From the human T2T-CHM13v2.0 reference genome, Homo sapiens, in the NCBI GenBank assembly GCA_009914755.4, contig CP068257.2, positions 6,016,001 to 6,080,000 of the forward strand: a stretch of 64,000 bases of DNA, written 5' to 3'. Under the pieces are notes generated by a model. That model saw nothing but the letters and a program-made list of their open reading frames with translations. It ran no database searches and was not told the origin of the DNA. The translations under genes and the position numbers were made by a program. Below, piece after piece: positions 58,094-64,000 of the stretch. Positions within the stretch are counted from its first letter, which is position 1; each line of letters starts with the position of its first letter.

Positions 58094-58806
58094 GTGACTA
58101 AAGAGCGTCGGAAGGTGTTGGGAGAGCCTCAGCCGGAATTTCACGGACGGACAAGGGCACAGAGAGGCCAGCGGGCTCCCTTGCACGTCAGCCGGGGTGT
58201 GCAATGAGCGCAGGTCTAGCCAGGAGGTCGGCAAAGAGAACTAGAGGTCTGCGTTCTACCGCCAGGTGCTCCATGGTGGCAGCTGGGAGGCTGCAGGGTC
58301 ATAGGCGGGCTGGCGACGGTGGCACGGAGGCGCAGAGGAGGCTAGCTGCCGGAGGGGTGTCATGCCTGGACGTTGAGCAGGCCCAGTGTTTCGTGGGATG
58401 GGGGTCTCCACCCAGCCCAGGGGAGGACGCATTTTCCGCGGGTGGGTGCTGGGCGTGTGGAGGGGCTGGTCAGGCGGGGGTGGGGTGGAGGAAAGAGAGG
58501 AGAGCTCTGTACGGGCTACTCCCACAGCCCAGGCGGCTGCCCACAAACCCGTGCGTGCATAGTTGGTGGCCCACCTGCTGGTACCTGGGCCGGCTCTGGG
58601 GTCCCCGCGATGCCCAGGAAAGAATGGCAGTTCTCCAATCTGTGGAGTCTCTCACCAGGCTTAGACCTAGAAGGCAGGAATCCCAGGCCTGTCAGCCCGC
58701 TGGAGGGGGCGGGGGAAAGACACGCCCCTTCATAGCCAGCCAGGTGTTCCCCGCGAAATGGAGGCCACCGCCCTGTCCCGACCCAACACCTTTCCAACCC
58801 AGCGAC

Positions 58807-60241
<1,435 letters not shown>

Positions 60242-60866
60242 TCATGAATGGCGGTGAGCCCTGGGACAGTCCGCCCAAACTTGGAAGGGTCCCAGGGCGT
60301 CGAGGCCTGCGGCCGGGTTGTGGTGGGGTTGGTGGGGAGGGCGTGGTGATGGTGGTGGTGGGGCCGGAAAGACGAAGAGTAAGGGGGCGAGGGCGAACGG
60401 GTGAGGGGGGCGCGTTTCAGGGGCTGGCTCTCCAGACCACACCAGGAAACCCGTGGGAACTGGAAGCCGCTTTCTGGGCTCCCACGCATCATCAGCAGGG
60501 AGAAACCGGCCTGGGAGGGTGGAGGGGAGTGTGGAACTGAACCTCCGTGGGAGTCTTGAGTGTTCCAGGCCCTGTCTCCATGAAGTAGTCAGTGCCTGTG
60601 GGTGTCGCCATTGCCAGGACAGTCTCACAAGCGCAGATGTGTGACTCTCGTTCATTTCCACATAGGAGACCAGACCGAGACCCCAGAGAGAAGATGCCTC
60701 CCAGGCCTGATGGCCTGACGATGGTTTCCCGTGTGCAGCAACATGGGAAGTCTGCAGTGTGTCCGGTTTGGAAACTGGCAGGGACAGCGAAGGCACCATG
60801 ACGGTCTTCTACCCTTCCCTGCATGTTTCCAGGTGCCTGCAGAGCTCCGGGAGCAAACAGTCAGCA

Positions 60867-63800
60867 TGACACATCTCTGAAGTGATCAACAAAGTGATGT
60901 AACCCTTGTCTAGGCTCTGCCTACAGGGGCTTTGTGACATAACTCTGCAAGGATCATACAGGTGATGGGGCTTTTGTCTAGGCTCTGACTAAGGGGGCAT
61001 TGTGACATATTTCTGCACTGATCACCCAGGTGACGGACTCTTGTCTTGGATCTGCCTATGGGGACCTTGGGTCATATCTCTGCACTGATAACCCAGGAGA
61101 TGTAACTGTTGTATAAGCTCTGCCTACAGGGGAATTGTGAGAGATCTCGCCACTGATCACCCAAGTGATGTAACTATTGTCTAGGCTTTGCCTACAGGGG
61201 GCTTTGTGAAATAAATTTGCACTGATCACCCAGGTGACGTAACTCATCTAAGTTCTGCTACAGGAGCTTTGTGACATATCTCTGCACTGATCATTTAGGT
61301 GATGTAACACTTTTATAAGCACTGCCTACAGGGAATTTTGAAAAGTCTGCACACTGATCACCTAGGTGATGTAACTCTTGTCTACCCTCTGCCCAAAGGG
61401 CGCATTGTGAAATATCTCTGCACTGATCACCCTGGTGATTCAACTCTTGTCTAGGATCTGCCTAAGGGGGTATTGTGAAATATCTCTGCACTGATCAACT
61501 AGGGGATGTAACTCTTGTCTAGGCTCTGCCTGCAGGGCCGTTTTCACATATCCCTGAACTGATGACAAAGGTGATGTAACTCTTGCCTAGGCTTTGCCCA
61601 CAGGGGACATTGTGACATATCTCTGCACTGATCACCCAGGTGATGTAATTCTTCTCTATGCTCTGCCTACAGTGGATATTGTGACATATCTCTACACTGA
61701 TCACCCAGGTAATGCAACTCTTCTCTATGCTCTGCCTACAGGGGGCATGGTGAAATATCTCTGCACTGATCACCCAGGTGATGTAACTGTTTCCTAGTCT
61801 CTGCCTACAGAGGTTGTTGTAACATCAGTCTGCACGGATCACCCGGGTTATGTAACTATTGTCTAGGCCCTGTGTATTGGGGCATTGTGACTTATCTCTG
61901 CACTGACCACCCAGGAGATGTGACTCTTGTCTAAGCTCTGCCTAGAGGGACATCTGGACATGTCTCTGCACTGATGGCTGAGGTGAAGTAAAAATTGTCT
62001 AGGCTTCGCCTACAGTGGGATTTATGACATATACCTGCACTGATCACCCAGGTGATATAACTCTTGTCTAGGCTCTGCTTACAGGGGGTATTGTGAGATA
62101 TCTCTGCACTGATCACCCAGGTGATGTAACTCTTGTCTAGGCTCTGCCTACAGGAGCATGTTAACAGATCACTGCACTGGTCACCGAGATGATGTAACTC
62201 TTTTGTAGGCTTCGCCGACAGGGGGCATTGAGACATATCTGTGCACTGGTCCCCCCCCGAGGTGACGTAAATCTTGTCTGGGGTCTGCTTACAGGGGGCA
62301 TTGTGACATATCCCTGCCCTGATCACCCAGGTGATGTAACACTTGTCTAGGCTGTGACCACAGAGGGATTGAGATATATCTCTGCACTGATCCCGAGGTG
62401 ATACAACTCTTGCCTTATCTCTGCCTACTGGGGACATTGTGACATAACTCTGCACTGATCTCCCAGGTTCAGTAACTTTAGTCTATGCTCTGGCTACAAG
62501 GCATCATGACAAATCACTGCACTGATCACCCAGGTGATATAACTCTTGTCTATGCTCTGCCTACAGGGGGCCTGTGAAATATTTCTGCACTGATCACCCA
62601 GGTGATATAATTCTTCTTTAGGATCTGACTACAGGGTGCTTTGAGACATATCTCTACAATGATCACCCAGGCGATATACCACTTGTCAAGGCTCTGCCTA
62701 CAGGGGCATTGCGATGTATCTCTGCACTGATCACCTAGGTCATGTAACTGTTGTCTAGGCTCTGGCTACAGTGGCATTGTGACATATTTCTGCACTGATC
62801 ACCCAGGTGATGTAACGCTTGTCTAGGATCTGCCTAAAGTCACTTTGTGACATATACCTGCATTGATCATCCATGTGATGGGGCTGTTGTATAGGCTCTG
62901 CCTAAGGGGGCATTGTGACATATTTCTGCACTGACCACCCAGGTGATGGACTCTTTTCTTGGATCTGCCTATGGGGGCATTTTGACATATCTCTGCACTG
63001 ATCACCCAGGTGATGTAACTGTTGTAGAAGCTCTGCCTACAGGGGAATTGTGAGAGATCTCGCCACTGATCACCCAAGTGATGTAAATATTGTCTAGGCT
63101 TTGCCTACAGGGGGCTTTGTGACATACCTTTGCACTGATCACCCAGGTGATGTAACTCATCTAAGTTCTGCTACAGGAGCTTTGTGACATATCTCTTCAC
63201 TGATCACTTAGGTGATGTTACACTTTTATAAGCACTGCTTACAGGGAATTTCGACAAATCTCGGCACTGATCACGTAGGTGATGTAACTCTGGTCTACCC
63301 TCTGCCCAAAGGGGGCATTGTGAAATATCTCTGCATTGATCACCCAGGTGACTCAACTCTTGTCTAGTATCTGCCTACAGGGGATATTGTGAAATATCTC
63401 TGCACTGATCAACTGGGTGATGTAACTCTTGTCAAGGCTCTGCCTACCAGGGCGTTTTCACATATCCCTGAACCGATGACAAAGGTGATGTTACTCTTGC
63501 CTAGGCTTTGACTACAGGGGACATTGTGACACATCTCTGAACTGATCAACCAAGTGATGAAACTCTTTTCTAGGCTCTGCCTACAGGGGCTTTGTGACAC
63601 ATCTCTGCACTGATCACCCTGGGGAGGGAACTCTTGTCTACGCTCTGCCTACAGGAGGCTTTATGACTTATACCTGCACTGATAACCTAGTTGATGTAAC
63701 AATTGTCTAGGCTCTACCTACACGGGAATTCTCCCATATCTCTGCACTGATCACCCAGGTGATGTAACTCCTCTCTAGGTTCAGCCTTCAGGAGAGTTTT

Positions 63801-64000
63801 GACATATCTCTGCACTGATAACCCAGGTGATGTAACACTTGTCTAAGCTCTGCCTACAGGGGCATTGTGACAGATCTCGCCACGGCTCACCAAGGTGATG
63901 TAACAATTGTGTGGGCTTTGCCTTCAGGGGGCTTTGTGATATAGATTTCCACTGATCAAAGAGGTGATGTAACTCTTGTCAAGGTTCTGCTTAAAGGGGC
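60867..64000 (+). repeat. Beta-satellite array, block 10, over 3.1 kb, continues past the window end
   Basis: 68-bp monomers. Head at 60,867 onward; conserved tail begins about 63,590, implying another D4Z4-like unit shortly beyond 64,000. Confidence 0.93.

Overview
This window is human heterochromatic satellite DNA. I find no support for a novel functional system; the interest is in its repeat architecture, and I cannot assign it to a chromosome.

- **1-7,838:** satellite III (HSat3), a (CATTC)n array on the + strand, i.e. (GAATG)n on the other strand. It is organised as a diverged higher-order repeat of about 1.55-2.0 kb, marked by five distinct roughly 75-bp Alu 3'-end fragments in a fixed order.
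- **7,839-64,000:** 68-bp beta-satellite arrays (Sau3A/GATC family, about 36 kb in total) alternating with seven full and one partial D4Z4-like units (about 2.77 kb, about 70% GC). Block lengths range from 0.4 to 8.1 kb.
- **D4Z4-like units:** each carries a DUX4-like double-homeobox reading frame. Every copy is disrupted by frameshifts, premature stops, start-codon loss, stop-codon loss or an in-frame homeodomain deletion, so they are DUX4L-type pseudogenes.
- **Orientation:** units at 11.7, 17.6, 27.3, 38.2, 42.2 and 58.1 kb are on the minus strand. A segment of about 9.2 kb (48,521-57,712) is inverted; it contains one full unit and one 443-bp fragment on the plus strand.
- **Flanks:** each unit has conserved beta-satellite blocks on both sides (a roughly 0.8-kb tail on the DUX4 3' side and a roughly 1.4-kb head on the 5' side), so the true repeating element is a multi-kb super-repeat with a variable beta-satellite middle.

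The layout matches the dispersed 3.3-kb-family, beta-satellite and HSat3 organisation of acrocentric short arms and pericentromeric heterochromatin, not the head-to-tail 4q35/10q26 D4Z4 array. None of the ORF-track entries in HSat3 or beta-satellite are credible genes.
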